Positions 1 through 11,021 of a stretch of DNA of 64,000 nt are shown one piece after another; the stretch's first letter is position 1, and each line of letters opens with the position of its first letter. Made by a program: the position numbers and the translations under genes. Origin of the DNA: a bacterium (lineage in GTDB: Bacteria; Zhuqueibacterota; Zhuqueibacteria; Residuimicrobiales; Krinioviventaceae); assembly GCA_963693055.1 (NCBI GenBank), contig OY843751.1, positions 480,001-544,000 on the forward strand, read 5' to 3'. The notes under the pieces are model-generated. The model was not told the origin of the DNA. It worked only from the letters and a program-made list of their open reading frames with translations, and did no database searches.

Positions 1-2
1 AA

Positions 3-1313
3 AAGCGGTGCAATGCTCACCGTACAGTTCCCGGTTCCGAGAATACCCTGCAACGTTTAGAGGTGCAGGTGCAGGAAGCGGACCTGATTCTCTGGTTAAA
101 AAATCAGAATTTCCCCCAAAAAACATACTGGTCAGAACGAGATGGTCGGCTGAAAATGGCAGGTGTGGGTGCTGCTCACATCTTTCAAGGTAATACTACC
201 GAATATACCGAGGTTTTTGAAGAACTGGATCGCCTGCTAAAGGGTGCGGATGAAGATGTTCGTTATTATGGCGGATTAAAGTTTGATCCCGATCATGCGG
301 TATCCGAACTGTGGCAGCACTTTAAACGTTATTATTTTATTGTGCCCCGGTTCGAGCTGTTGAAGCGTGATTTGCATTATTATTTCGCAATCAATTATGT
401 TGTGGATATTGAAGAGCCTCAGCTTGATGAAATTCTGGCTGACCTGCAAAAACTTGATTTCTCTTTTTATAAAGATACAAAAGAACTGCCCGCATATACC
501 GATCTGATCATGGACCCGGTCAAATCCATTTGGGACCGCAATGTGCAGCAGGCGCTGACATTGATCGAAAACGGGACTTTGCAAAAGATTGTGCTTTCCG
601 GTCGATCAACCCTTACCTTTGATGAAACTATCAATCCATCTCTGCTTTTTGAAAAGCTGATTGGTCAAAACTCGAACTCTTTTCATTTCTGTATTCAACC
701 CGATGCGGAAACCGCGTTTATGGGTATTACGCCTGAGCGGCTTTATCGCCGTGAAGGACGCGAGATTTGGAGCGAAGCCATTGCCGGTACACGTCCCCGT
801 GGTCGTGACGAAGCAGAAGATGAGGCGCTGGAAAAAGACCTGCAATCCTCGGACAAGGATATTCGTGAGCACCGCTGGGTGAGTGATATGGTACGTTCAG
901 GACTGGGGCCCTTGTGCCGATACATTAACGATGTGGACCGTGAACGTATTCTCAAACTGCGCCATGTGCAGCATCTGCAAAGCCTGTTTATTGGATTGTT
1001 GCGGGATGGGATCTGTGATGGCGAGATTATTTCTCACTTGCATCCTACCCCGGCAGTGGGTGGTTTCCCCAATACCATATCCATTCCCTATATTTCCGAG
1101 ATTGAAGGATTTGATCGCGGCTGGTACGCGGGACCGGTAGGCTGGGTGAGTCGTGATGCCGCAGGTTTTGCTGTGGGTATCCGCTCGGGCCTTGTGAATG
1201 GTAATAAACTGACAATTTTTGCGGGTTCCGGGATTGTTGAGGGAAGTGATCCGGATAAGGAATGGGAAGAAAATCAGACAAAAATTTTAAATTTTACAAA
1301 ACTCTTTCAGTGA
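3..1313 (+). CDS. menF: Isochorismate synthase (5' end likely outside window)
   Basis: Chorismate-binding motifs KIVLS, TPERL, EAIAGTRPRG, EH.WV, LHPTPAVGG, GWYAGPVGW, FAGSGIVEGSDP..EWEE. Frame is open from nt 3 and leads directly into menD. Confidence 0.9.
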   Translation, partial: KRCNAHRTVPGSENTLQRLEVQVQEADLILWLKNQNFPQKTYWSERDGRLKMAGVGAAHIFQGNTTEYTEVFEELDRLLKGADEDVRYYGGLKFDPDHAVSELWQHFKRYYFIVPRFELLKRDLHYYFAINYVVDIEEPQLDEILADLQKLDFSFYKDTKELPAYTDLIMDPVKSIWDRNVQQALTLIENGTLQKIVLSGRSTLTFDETINPSLLFEKLIGQNSNSFHFCIQPDAETAFMGITPERLYRREGREIWSEAIAGTRPRGRDEAEDEALEKDLQSSDKDIREHRWVSDMVRSGLGPLCRYINDVDRERILKLRHVQHLQSLFIGLLRDGICDGEIISHLHPTPAVGGFPNTISIPYISEIEGFDRGWYAGPVGWVSRDAAGFAVGIRSGLVNGNKLTIFAGSGIVEGSDPDKEWEENQTKILNFTKLFQ

Positions 1314-1314
1314 T

Positions 1315-3066
1315 ATGGGAATTGGCTTAGAAAACATAAATGCGTTGTGGGCGTCATTGATTATAGAAGAACTGGTGCGTAACGGCATTGAATATGCCTG
1401 CGTCTCACCGGGATCACGCTCTACACCCCTTACCATTGCCGCGGCACGTAACGGGAAATTAAAAAAACGTATCTGCTATGATGAACGCGGTGCCGCGTAT
1501 CATGCATTGGGGTACGCCCGTGCAACCGGCAAACCCGCTCTGCTCATCTGTACTTCCGGTACTGCGGCGGCCAATTATTATCCCGCCATTGTGGAAGCAA
1601 GCATGGACCATGTGCCCATGATCATCCTGAGCGCTGACCGTCCGCCCGAACTGCTGGATACCGGTGCGAACCAGACCATCCATCAGCAGGGTATGTACGG
1701 AAAATATGTGCGCTGGCAGTACGAACTGCCGTGCCCGGATGAAAATCTTGATCCGCGTATGGTGCTCTCTACGGTGGACCAGTTACTGCATCGTGCAACC
1801 GGTGACAATCCGGGGCCTGTGCATCTCAATAACATGTACCGCGAGCCACTTGCTCTGAAAACTGAAAAAGTAGATGATACCTGCGTGCAAAAACTCACCG
1901 ACTGGATGGTGAACGGAACGAGTGCTTATACGGATTATGCCAGATCGGTCAAACAGCTTGATTCATCTTTTGTTAAACGAATTTCAGAATTAATTAACAA
2001 TGCCAAAAGCGGAGTGATAATTGCCGGGCGTATGCAGAGCACGGATGATATTGCCGCAGTACGAAAACTGGCAAAGCATTTAAAATGGCCGGTATTTGCA
2101 GATATTTTATCCGGCAACCGCATACAACAGGAAAACACTATCTCTTTTTATGACCAGATGCTGGCAGTCGAAGAAGTAACAGAGGAATTGAACCCGGATG
2201 TGGTACTGCATTTTGGAGGTCAATTTGTTTCCAAGAGATTACTGCAGTTTATTGAAACCAAAACTCCGCAATATTATATTCATACAGCCGGGTACGCAGA
2301 GCGAATTGATCCTGTGCACAGAGTAACGCATCGTTTAAATGCGGATATTGCTTCTGTATGTGCGGCTTTGAAATCGTATACCTCCGTAGGGAACGCGGAA
2401 ATAACCACATTGGAGAAATTGAGCGCCAAAGCATTACTGGCCGTGAACGAGATTCTGGATGAAACCCATAAAATGACCGAGCCGGGAATTGCACGCGCTA
2501 CTGCGTCAGGACTGCCCGAGAACTGGGGACTTTATCTGGCGAGCAGTATGCCCATAAGGGACATGGATATGTTTGTAAAATCCCTGCCGGATAATGTGCG
2601 CATTGCCGGAAATCGTGGTGCCAGCGGAATTGACGGTACTGTTGCCTCTGCCGCGGGCTTTGCGGAAGGATTGGGAAAACCGGTGGTGTTGATGATAGGT
2701 GATCTGGCCCTGATCCACGATATGAACTCTCTGGATGTGGTGAAAAAAGGTGCTCAACCCCTGGTAATGGTGGTAATTAACAATAAAAGTGGTGGCATTT
2801 TCCACTTTTTGCCAGTATCGCAGCACAAAAAGGTGTTTGAGCCCTGGTTTACAACCCCACACAACTATGCTTTTGAACCTCTTGCGAGACAATTTAACAT
2901 ACCCTACATGAAATGCGAAACCCTTGATATATTCAAGCAAGAGCTGAGCAAAGCCACTCAGAATAAACAGACCATTATTCTGGAAATTGCAACCCGCGCG
3001 GAAGAAAACCATCGGTTTCATCAAGACATCCTGGAACGGATCCGGGAAGTTATAAAGTACCGATAG
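1315..3066 (+). CDS. menD: SEPHCHC synthase (ThDP-dependent)
   Basis: SPGSRSTPL, DERGAAY.ALG, CTSGTAAANY.PA, ADRPPEL..TGANQTI, NRGASGIDG, GDLALIHDMN. Confidence 0.96.
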   Translation: MGIGLENINALWASLIIEELVRNGIEYACVSPGSRSTPLTIAAARNGKLKKRICYDERGAAYHALGYARATGKPALLICTSGTAAANYYPAIVEASMDHVPMIILSADRPPELLDTGANQTIHQQGMYGKYVRWQYELPCPDENLDPRMVLSTVDQLLHRATGDNPGPVHLNNMYREPLALKTEKVDDTCVQKLTDWMVNGTSAYTDYARSVKQLDSSFVKRISELINNAKSGVIIAGRMQSTDDIAAVRKLAKHLKWPVFADILSGNRIQQENTISFYDQMLAVEEVTEELNPDVVLHFGGQFVSKRLLQFIETKTPQYYIHTAGYAERIDPVHRVTHRLNADIASVCAALKSYTSVGNAEITTLEKLSAKALLAVNEILDETHKMTEPGIARATASGLPENWGLYLASSMPIRDMDMFVKSLPDNVRIAGNRGASGIDGTVASAAGFAEGLGKPVVLMIGDLALIHDMNSLDVVKKGAQPLVMVVINNKSGGIFHFLPVSQHKKVFEPWFTTPHNYAFEPLARQFNIPYMKCETLDIFKQELSKATQNKQTIILEIATRAEENHRFHQDILERIREVIKYR

Positions 3067-3077
3067 GGGGAGCCATC

Positions 3078-3869
3078 GTGTCGCTTTATGTGCATCAATG
3101 GGGAAATCCTGAAAATCCTGCATTGCTGTTTTTACATGGATTCATGGGAAACGGTCGTACATGGGTGCCATTTGTTAAAGAATTAAAATCCCATTATCAT
3201 ATTATTGCACCTGATCTTCCCGGTCATGGTGAATCCCTGTATCTCAAAGAATCGGGAGATTATGATTTTGTAGAGACTGCAGAACAGGTAATACAGGTGC
3301 TGGACAAGCTTAAAATACACACTTCTTCCATAGCAGGATATTCCATGGGAGGCAGGCTGGCAATGTACCTGGCAGTCCATTATCCGGACCGGTTTAATCG
3401 ATTAATTGTGGAATCTGCTTCACCGGGCATTGATGATGCAAAAGTACGCGAGGAACGCTACCAAAAAGACAAATCCACTGCCGATTACCTGGAAACTGCA
3501 GACCTGACCGCATTTCTGGAAGCCTGGTATGAACAGCCGATTTTTGGGGATCTGAATCGTCATCCTGATTTTTCAGAATACGTCGCTTCTCTGTTGTTCA
3601 ATGAACCTGTTGAACTGGTGAGGGCGATGCGAGGGATGAGTCAGGGGGTACAACCCCCGCTTGAAGAGCATTTAAAGGAATTGGACCTGCCTGCTCTTTT
3701 TATAGCCGGGGAGCATGACGAGAAATATAGTGCAATTCTTGAACGTTTATCACAATATCACAATCACTTTGAGTTAAAAATTATACCTGAATGCGGGCAT
3801 AGCACGCATTTTCAAGATCCGCAAACATTTTTACAATTGATCAAAGAATTTTTAAATACAGGAGGTTAA
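3078..3869 (+). CDS. menH: SHCHC synthase, alpha/beta hydrolase
   Basis: LHGFMG, DLPGHG, GYSMGGR, ESASPG; lies between menD and menB. Confidence 0.92.
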   Translation: MSLYVHQWGNPENPALLFLHGFMGNGRTWVPFVKELKSHYHIIAPDLPGHGESLYLKESGDYDFVETAEQVIQVLDKLKIHTSSIAGYSMGGRLAMYLAVHYPDRFNRLIVESASPGIDDAKVREERYQKDKSTADYLETADLTAFLEAWYEQPIFGDLNRHPDFSEYVASLLFNEPVELVRAMRGMSQGVQPPLEEHLKELDLPALFIAGEHDEKYSAILERLSQYHNHFELKIIPECGHSTHFQDPQTFLQLIKEFLNTGG

Positions 3870-3870
3870 C

Positions 3871-4692
3871 ATGTCTGTTGTAGACTGGAAATCCGCTGGA
3901 GACTATACCGATATCAAATATCATAAAGCAGAAGGCATGGCAAAAATTACTATTAATCGTCCCGAGGTACGCAATGCGTTTCGTCCATTGACGGTTTTTG
4001 AAATGTCAAAAGCTTTTGAAGACGCGCGTGAAGATCCCGAAATCGGCGTAATTATCTTGACAGGTGAAGGTGAAAAGGCTTTTTGCTCGGGTGGCGATCA
4101 AAAAATCCGTGGAGATTCCGGATACAAGGATGAAAAAGGCGTACACCGTTTGAATGTGCTCGATTTCCAACGCCAGATCCGTACGTGTCCCAAGCCTGTG
4201 GTTGCTATGGTTGCGGGATACGCCATTGGCGGCGGGCATGTGCTGCACGTCATGTGCGATCTTACCATTGCCGCGGATAATGCCATCTTTGGTCAAACCG
4301 GGCCCAAGGTGGGTTCTTTTGATGGTGGATATGGTTCCAGTTACCTTGCGCGGATTGTGGGACAGAAAAAAGCGCGCGAGATCTGGTTTCTCTGTCGTCA
4401 ATACGATGCTCAGCAGGCGCTTGAAATGGGACTGGTAAATACAGTCGTCCCCTATGAAAAACTCGAGGAAGAGACCGTGCAGTGGTGCCGCGAGATGCTG
4501 CGTAACTCGCCGACTGCGCTCCGTTGTCTCAAAGCCGCAATGAATGCCGATTGTGACGGACAAGCAGGCTTGCAAGAGCTTGCGGGATGCGCAACCATGC
4601 TCTATTACATGTCGGATGAGGCGCAAGAAGGTAAAAACGCCTTTGTGGAAAAACGTAACCCCGATTTTAGCAAATTTCCAAGACAACCGTAG
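3871..4692 (+). CDS. menB: 1,4-dihydroxy-2-naphthoyl-CoA synthase
   Basis: [53 protein letters not shown]. Confidence 0.97.
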   Translation: MSVVDWKSAGDYTDIKYHKAEGMAKITINRPEVRNAFRPLTVFEMSKAFEDAREDPEIGVIILTGEGEKAFCSGGDQKIRGDSGYKDEKGVHRLNVLDFQRQIRTCPKPVVAMVAGYAIGGGHVLHVMCDLTIAADNAIFGQTGPKVGSFDGGYGSSYLARIVGQKKAREIWFLCRQYDAQQALEMGLVNTVVPYEKLEEETVQWCREMLRNSPTALRCLKAAMNADCDGQAGLQELAGCATMLYYMSDEAQEGKNAFVEKRNPDFSKFPRQP

Positions 4693-4742
4693 AATCTTTT
4701 TAACGTAAGAAACGATCTTGTATGTTAAATTGTCAAGATTAG

Positions 4743-4821
4743 AACCACAGAGCCACAAAGAACACAGAGAAAAAATGATTTAGATCATGAAATCAAAATT
4801 TCTGCTGTCTTTGTGGTTCCG
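4743..4821. repeat. Imperfect inverted repeat of ACCACAGAG-type REP-like motif
   Basis: aaccacagagccacaaagaacacagaga (4743-4770) opposite tctgctgtctttgtggttcc (4801-4820); a related inverted copy lies at 6779-6807. Confidence 0.5.
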
Positions 4822-4962
4822 TAAATTTGCTTTTTTATGTGGGAATTCTAGGATTTATTCTTGAATTTTAACTGATTGTTATATATTTTATTTATCATAG
4901 GGGAACAGGACAGCTTTGGCGGGAGTGTAATAAATCAATGTACTATTAAAAAGAGGTGACGT

Positions 4963-5484
4963 ATGAAATCATATAAATTGATTTTTATTATACTGTTGTC
5001 ATTGTTTGCATGCAATACAGAAAAGAGCCCGGTAACACCGGAAGTGGGTCCGGGGGATGATTATAAAATTTATCAGTTGGCTCTTGATGCTTATTTTAAT
5101 GAAAATGTGCCCGCAATTATTCTGCAAGATTCAACCTGGGGGGATGATATTGGCACTCACCATATATCTACACTCGAAGAAAATGGTGTAAATGTAAAAG
5201 AAGAAACGCTGCTGAACTATGAAACAATCAACCAGACTAAAGTTGCGCTTGAATCCATTTCGGGGTATGATATTACATTTCGCAGAGATGTTCCCGATTC
5301 ACTCCGGTTTTCCAAGCCCAACGTGAGCTTGTCCCGTGTGGGATATGATGACGCAAATACAGAAGCCATTGTAACGGTGGGTGTAGTCTTTGCTCCGCTT
5401 GCAGGCAGCGGTATTCTGTATTATTTGAAATATGTTAATGGTGAGTGGGGTGTTAAAGGTTCGCACATGATCTGGATTTCGTGA
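4963..5484 (+). CDS. Hypothetical lipoprotein
   Basis: Signal peptide with lipobox LFAC; RBS agaggt. Confidence 0.75.
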   Translation: MKSYKLIFIILLSLFACNTEKSPVTPEVGPGDDYKIYQLALDAYFNENVPAIILQDSTWGDDIGTHHISTLEENGVNVKEETLLNYETINQTKVALESISGYDITFRRDVPDSLRFSKPNVSLSRVGYDDANTEAIVTVGVVFAPLAGSGILYYLKYVNGEWGVKGSHMIWIS

Positions 5485-5510
5485 GGGATTTGAAAAAGGG
5501 GAAGTGATAA

Positions 5511-6731
5511 GTGTGTAATATGTTATTAAATTTTGATGTTAAAATTTTTATTATAGTATTTTTTTTGAATTCACATTTCGTATTTTCTCAAGTACAGTAT
5601 GATGAAATTGAAAATGAAATTCAAAGTTATCAGGATACAGATATAGCAGTTATTTCAAAATCCAGAAAAATGATTAAAGAAAAAATTGAATTAAATGATA
5701 ATGAAAAAATTAGCGCAATTTATACTTTTGTAAATAATAAATTTGATTCAACACAATATATCGCTTTTGAGGATGAAGAGCAGTGGTTGATTTTGATGTG
5801 GCTAAAAGATTTTGCACAAGTACTTGATGTAATTAAGATATATAATCCAAAAACTGATGATTTTTTGTCAAAAAAGATTTTACCTCCAATTGATTTCTTA
5901 AATGAAAAATTGAAATTTGAGGTTGATGATAAAAAAGATGAAATTTGTGATGCAATAAAATTGTCCGAACTTGAATTATTTGAAAAACAGTTTTTACTCA
6001 TTTTCCTTGAATATATAATATTGAGTGATGATGAAAAAAAATCTTTTCAAGAAAATATTAATGTAATGGCAACAAATTATTTGAATAATTTCCCAAATTC
6101 GTATCTGGAAAATTATGTTAGGAAATATATTAGATTTATATACAAACTTTCAAACTTTGCTGGGAGTTTTAATTTTAATTTTGGTTATCACCAGTATCAG
6201 GGAAATCTTGGTGAATTTTTTAGCGATATATTATTTTTTGGTATTGTATATGAGTTACAATATAAAAAGTTTATGATTGGTATCCGAGGGGCAATGGGGT
6301 ATAGTAGTAATGTTAAAAAAGAATTTGATTATAATGGACATTGGGAAAGAGATCTTCCATTAATAGTATTTGAACCTGAAATGATGGTAGGATTTGAAAT
6401 TATTGATTTGAGTAAATTTAAAATCTTACCCTATTGTGGGGTTGGATTTATGGATATCGCTTCTCCGGAAAAAATTGCTGAAGAACCTGGCAACGATGTT
6501 GAAATGACTTATGTTATGACATATAATGTTGGTTTAAATATTGATTTAAAATTTAAACCTATTACATTTTACTCACAATATCGGAGGGAAACTGGTTATA
6601 CAAATATCCGTATTAGAATGGGTGTGAGCTATCCTCAATATGAAAATAAACTTCCGGAATTAACCGGGAAAAAGTATTTTATAGAATTAGGATTTGGTCT
6701 ATCTATAAGGAGGTTGGTTAGAGATTTATAA
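5511..6731 (+). CDS. Hypothetical exported protein, possible C-terminal outer-membrane beta-barrel; very AT-rich
   Basis: 406-aa ORF with signal-like N-terminus ending VFSQ; amphipathic aromatic strands in the C-terminal half. Confidence 0.65.
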   Translation: MCNMLLNFDVKIFIIVFFLNSHFVFSQVQYDEIENEIQSYQDTDIAVISKSRKMIKEKIELNDNEKISAIYTFVNNKFDSTQYIAFEDEEQWLILMWLKDFAQVLDVIKIYNPKTDDFLSKKILPPIDFLNEKLKFEVDDKKDEICDAIKLSELELFEKQFLLIFLEYIILSDDEKKSFQENINVMATNYLNNFPNSYLENYVRKYIRFIYKLSNFAGSFNFNFGYHQYQGNLGEFFSDILFFGIVYELQYKKFMIGIRGAMGYSSNVKKEFDYNGHWERDLPLIVFEPEMMVGFEIIDLSKFKILPYCGVGFMDIASPEKIAEEPGNDVEMTYVMTYNVGLNIDLKFKPITFYSQYRRETGYTNIRIRMGVSYPQYENKLPELTGKKYFIELGFGLSIRRLVRDL

Positions 6732-6815
6732 ATAAGGTTTGTACGTTATTATCGAATCAATAATTGTTTTAAAAAAATCCTCTGTGTCCCCTGTGTCACT
6801 GTTGTTTTTATAGAG

Positions 6816-6840
6816 TTCCGGGGCCTAATAGACCCCGGAA
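6816..6840. terminator. Hairpin between convergent genes
   Basis: ttccgggg...ccccggaa 8-bp stem. Confidence 0.6.
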
Positions 6841-6850
6841 TTATCAAATC

Positions 6851-8491
6851 TTATCTACTTCCCGTATGTTCTTCAACCACGCGTCGCAGCCATTTTACCA
6901 TTAAAAAGATTGCAATAGCGGCCAGCATAGCGCCAATAAAGTTGATTGTGAAAAAGACGGCCTTGTTATCATAAGTGTCCCACAAGCTTGAAAGCACACC
7001 GGAAAGCTTGTTACCAATGGCGGTAGAGAGAAACCAGCCGCCCATCATTAACGCGGTTAAGCGCGGGGGACTCAGTTTTGATACCAGCGAGAGTCCCATA
7101 GGACTTAGGAACAATTCACCGATGGTAATCACACCGTAAACCCCAAACAGCCACACGGGCGAGCTTTTTACCAGTCCGTTTTGTGACGCGAATACAGCCG
7201 CAATCATAACCAGTGTAGACATTGCGGTGATAAACAGTCCCCAGCCAATCTTGCCGGGTGTGGAGGGTTCTTTATCTCTTTTACGTAGAAATCCGAAAAA
7301 CATCACGACAACCGGTGTAAGCACAACAACAAAAAACGGATTCACAGATTGGAAAATTTCAGTAGATACAAGTTTAAGGCTCTTGCCTTCAGCAGGCCAT
7401 TTGCTTTTTCCCAGATTGTTGAAATAAGGATGCGGTCCCATTTCAGTGATTGCATGACCATTGCCGTCAACCAGGGGAGCGCCATGCATATCCAGTTTGG
7501 GTACTTCTCGGGGTGCAGTATCCACTTCCTGAACCATACCAAAAGTGCCGGCAACAGATTCTACAGCAGCTGGCATGCTGCGATCGGTATAATTTTCAGC
7601 CCAGATTGTAAGAGCTGATCCGTTCTGATGGAAAATTGCCCAGAAAATGATCACAACTGCAAAAATGGACAAAAGGGCAGCAATGGGAGCTTTATCTTCT
7701 TTGGTAGCACGGAGCCACAAGGAAAGATAAAACAGTGCTACAGGGATGCTTGCAAACAGAAACGCATCAGTAGAATCTGAACCGAAAATGTTGTTGGGGA
7801 TGAACCAACCCAAAACACCTGCAACAATGGCAGGCAGAAATACGTTTGATCCAATCTTCCACAGGGGCATATCTTCTTTGGTTGCGGGTTTTAAAATATC
7901 TGCATCGCGTACGTGTTTTTGTCCGCTCATGAACCAGATCACACCCAGGTACATACCAATTCCGGCTGCGGCAAAAGCGTATCCCCAGCCAAAGTGGTTG
8001 CGCAAATATGCAGCAACAAAGTTACAGACAAACGCGCCAATGTTGATGCCCATATAAAAAATGTTGAATCCTGAATCTTTGAGGGATTTGTATTTTTCAT
8101 CATCATAGAGATTGCCAACAAGTGTAGAAATGTTGGGTTTAAAGAATCCGTTACCAATGATGATCAAAAACAAAGCGATCCAAAAAGCGGTCATGCCGGG
8201 CATTGCCAGACCTATATAACCGGTACCCATTAACAATCCACCAATGACGATAGAGCGTCGATATCCCAGTACACGGTCAGCCAAAAGACCCCCAATAAAG
8301 GGAGAAAGATAAACCAGTGCCAGATAAGTGCCATAAATATCTGAAGCACCTGCTCGTGACAATCCCAATCCACCGGTTGCTGTGTCACTCATGTACAGAA
8401 AGAATATACCAAGCATCAGGTAAAATCCGAAACGTTCCCACATTTCGGTAAAAAACAAGACTACCAGTCCTTTAGGGTGATTCTTGAACAT
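6851..8491 (-). CDS. POT/PTR family proton-dependent oligopeptide transporter (MFS)
   Basis: HPKGL..LFFTEMWERFGFY (ExxER), GGLLADRVLG, GNGFFKPNIS, FYMGINIG, FQSVNP, GELFLSPMGLS. Confidence 0.95.
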   Translation of the reverse strand: MFKNHPKGLVVLFFTEMWERFGFYLMLGIFFLYMSDTATGGLGLSRAGASDIYGTYLALVYLSPFIGGLLADRVLGYRRSIVIGGLLMGTGYIGLAMPGMTAFWIALFLIIIGNGFFKPNISTLVGNLYDDEKYKSLKDSGFNIFYMGINIGAFVCNFVAAYLRNHFGWGYAFAAAGIGMYLGVIWFMSGQKHVRDADILKPATKEDMPLWKIGSNVFLPAIVAGVLGWFIPNNIFGSDSTDAFLFASIPVALFYLSLWLRATKEDKAPIAALLSIFAVVIIFWAIFHQNGSALTIWAENYTDRSMPAAVESVAGTFGMVQEVDTAPREVPKLDMHGAPLVDGNGHAITEMGPHPYFNNLGKSKWPAEGKSLKLVSTEIFQSVNPFFVVVLTPVVVMFFGFLRKRDKEPSTPGKIGWGLFITAMSTLVMIAAVFASQNGLVKSSPVWLFGVYGVITIGELFLSPMGLSLVSKLSPPRLTALMMGGWFLSTAIGNKLSGVLSSLWDTYDNKAVFFTINFIGAMLAAIAIFLMVKWLRRVVEEHTGSR

Positions 8492-8668
8492 AAAAAAAAT
8501 CTCCTGCTAAATTCGTTCGTTAACAATCTTTTAATTTAATAAATTAATACAAGAATTCCAGATAATTCTTGGCGGATTGCGGTTGTTTTTGCAATTCTGT
8601 TGAAATTTCTTGCTTTCCTGCAAAAATCTTGGTTTATTATGTGCTTAACCAATGAAACGGAGGAAACA

Positions 8669-10966
8669 ATGCGTCATCTTAAGCAGGTTGTTTATTTAAT
8701 ACTTGTTTTGGTTCTGGGAACCGGACTGATTTCAACAGTATTTTCGAAATCAGAGATTAATGTAATTCCCAAACCCAATAAAATTGTGCAAAAGAGCGGC
8801 AGTTTTTCCTTGTCTGCAGATACCCGGATTGTTGCGGATAAAGACCCGCAGGTACAGTACTGTGTGAGTTATCTGCTGGAAGGATTAAAACCTTTTCAAA
8901 TACAACCCGGTGTAGATGCAAAACGTTCCGAAAAAAAGAAACAGATTGTTTTGTCAATAAGCGCGAAAAATGATAATAAAGAAGCATATAGCCTTTCTGT
9001 TAGTGAAAATGGAGTGGAAATCAATGCTTCCGAGCCATCCGGATTGTTTTACGGAGTGGTTACACTGCTCCAGTTGTTACCACCGGATGTAAAACCCGCA
9101 ACCACGTTAGAAATTCCAGCGGTAACCATTGAAGACTCGCCGCGCTTTGAGTGGCGTGGTATGCATTTGGATGTGTGCCGCCATTTTTATCCTGTTGAAT
9201 TTGTAAAACGTTATATTGATCTGCTGGCAATGCACAAGATGAATGTTTTCCATTGGCATTTGACAGAAGATCAGGGCTGGCGTATTGAGATTAAAAAATA
9301 TCCCAAACTCACCGAGGTTGGGGCATGGCGTGTTGATCGCGAACACCAGCATTGGAACGATCGCACTCCGCCCGATCCTGGCGAAGAGGCAACCTATGGT
9401 GGTTATTACACCCAGGAACAGATCAAAGACGTGATTCAATACGCGCAAGAGCGGTTTATTACAATTGTTCCGGAGATTGAAATGCCAGGACATGCTGTGG
9501 CGGCTTTGGCATCGTATCCTGAACTTTCCTGCACCGGCGGCCCCTTTTACGTCATGCCGGGTGGATATTGGCCTATTACTGATATTTTTTGCGCGGGTAA
9601 AGAAGAGACTTTTGAATTTTTGGAAAATGTTCTGGATGAAGTGATTGCCCTGTTCCCCGGTACCTATATTCATATTGGCGGCGATGAGGCTAAAAAAGCC
9701 AATTGGGAAAAATGTCCCGATTGTCAGGCACGTATCAAGTCAGAAGGCCTTCAAGATGAAGCCGAATTGCAAAGTTATTTCATTAAACGCATTGAAAAAT
9801 ATTTGATCTCTAAAAACAAGAGATTGATCGGTTGGGATGAGATCCTTGAGGGTGGGCTCGCTCCCGAGGCAACGGTTATGTCATGGCGCGGTATTGAAGG
9901 CGGTATTGAAGCTGCAAGTCAGGGACATGATGTTGTAATGACCCCAACATCGTGGTGTTATTTTGATTATTATCAATCAAAAGATAATGAACCTTTGGCC
10001 ATTGGCGGATTTTTACCTTTGCGTAAAGTTTATAATTATGATCCTGTACCAAGAGAACTTGAAAGAGCTAAACGTAAACATGTTTTGGGTGCGCAGGGGA
10101 ATGTGTGGACCGAATATATGCCCAACGGTCGTCATGTAGAGTATATGGCTGTGCCTCGTATGAGCGCCATGTCTGAAGTTGTCTGGACCGCTAAAAAGTT
10201 TAAAGATTGGGAGGATTTCCAATCCCGTATGCTTGCCCAATATGATCGTTTGGATGCAATGGGTGTGAATTACCGCCAACCGGACATTCATGGATATAAA
10301 GTACGAAATGTTTTTCCGGATTCTCTGATTGTCGAATTGTCATTTGTTCGTCCGAATGCAGTTATTCGCTATACCCTGGATGGATCTCAACCCGGTTTGC
10401 ATTCTCCGGTTTATGAAAAGCCTATTTTGATTGATAAAGATGTGGAACTCAAATCTGCGGCATTTATCAATGATCGCTATGTCAGCAGGATCAAATGCGG
10501 ATCATTTATGAAACGTGAACCTGCCCAAGCGGTTAAAGTATCAAATCCCCAAAATGGTGTGGCTTATACCTATATCCCCGGTAGTATGAAAACCGTCAGG
10601 AATCTTGAATCGGTTAATTTTGTTGAATCGGGTACTCAAAAAAAGGTAGCGTTGCCAGAGAATACCCGGGATGAAGCATATGGATTGATCTATAAAGGCT
10701 ATATTGATGTACCCAAAACCGGGTTGTATACCTTTTATTTGACATCGAATGACGGAAGCGCCATGTACCTGAATGACGAGTTGATTATCGATAATGATGG
10801 TGAACACAGTGCGATAGATAAAGACGGATTTGCTCTTTTAGGAGCCGGAAAACACCCGTTCAAGATTTATTATTTTCAGGCGGGTGGCGGTAAAGAATTG
10901 ATACTGGAATATGAAGGGCCCGGTACGAAACGACAGGTGGTGCCGGCTTCTGTATTGAGTCATTAA
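8669..10966 (+). CDS. GH20 beta-N-acetylhexosaminidase with C-terminal CHB_HEX/FN3-like and PA14 domains
   Basis: D.PRF.WRG.HLDV.RHF, HWHLTEDQGWR, PEIEMPGH, HIGGDE; IRYTLDGS.P; PA14 SNDGS..Y...LIIDNDGEH. ATG 8669 follows ggagga. Confidence 0.93.
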   Translation: MRHLKQVVYLILVLVLGTGLISTVFSKSEINVIPKPNKIVQKSGSFSLSADTRIVADKDPQVQYCVSYLLEGLKPFQIQPGVDAKRSEKKKQIVLSISAKNDNKEAYSLSVSENGVEINASEPSGLFYGVVTLLQLLPPDVKPATTLEIPAVTIEDSPRFEWRGMHLDVCRHFYPVEFVKRYIDLLAMHKMNVFHWHLTEDQGWRIEIKKYPKLTEVGAWRVDREHQHWNDRTPPDPGEEATYGGYYTQEQIKDVIQYAQERFITIVPEIEMPGHAVAALASYPELSCTGGPFYVMPGGYWPITDIFCAGKEETFEFLENVLDEVIALFPGTYIHIGGDEAKKANWEKCPDCQARIKSEGLQDEAELQSYFIKRIEKYLISKNKRLIGWDEILEGGLAPEATVMSWRGIEGGIEAASQGHDVVMTPTSWCYFDYYQSKDNEPLAIGGFLPLRKVYNYDPVPRELERAKRKHVLGAQGNVWTEYMPNGRHVEYMAVPRMSAMSEVVWTAKKFKDWEDFQSRMLAQYDRLDAMGVNYRQPDIHGYKVRNVFPDSLIVELSFVRPNAVIRYTLDGSQPGLHSPVYEKPILIDKDVELKSAAFINDRYVSRIKCGSFMKREPAQAVKVSNPQNGVAYTYIPGSMKTVRNLESVNFVESGTQKKVALPENTRDEAYGLIYKGYIDVPKTGLYTFYLTSNDGSAMYLNDELIIDNDGEHSAIDKDGFALLGAGKHPFKIYYFQAGGGKELILEYEGPGTKRQVVPASVLSH

Positions 10967-10976
10967 CAGTAAATAA

Positions 10977-11003
10977 ATGCCCCGACTTTTTCGGGGCATT
11001 TTT
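10977..11003 (+). terminator. Intrinsic terminator after GH20
   Basis: atgccccga-ctttt-tcggggcat followed by a T-run. Confidence 0.65.
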
Positions 11004-11021
11004 AATTCAAGGATTGGTAAA

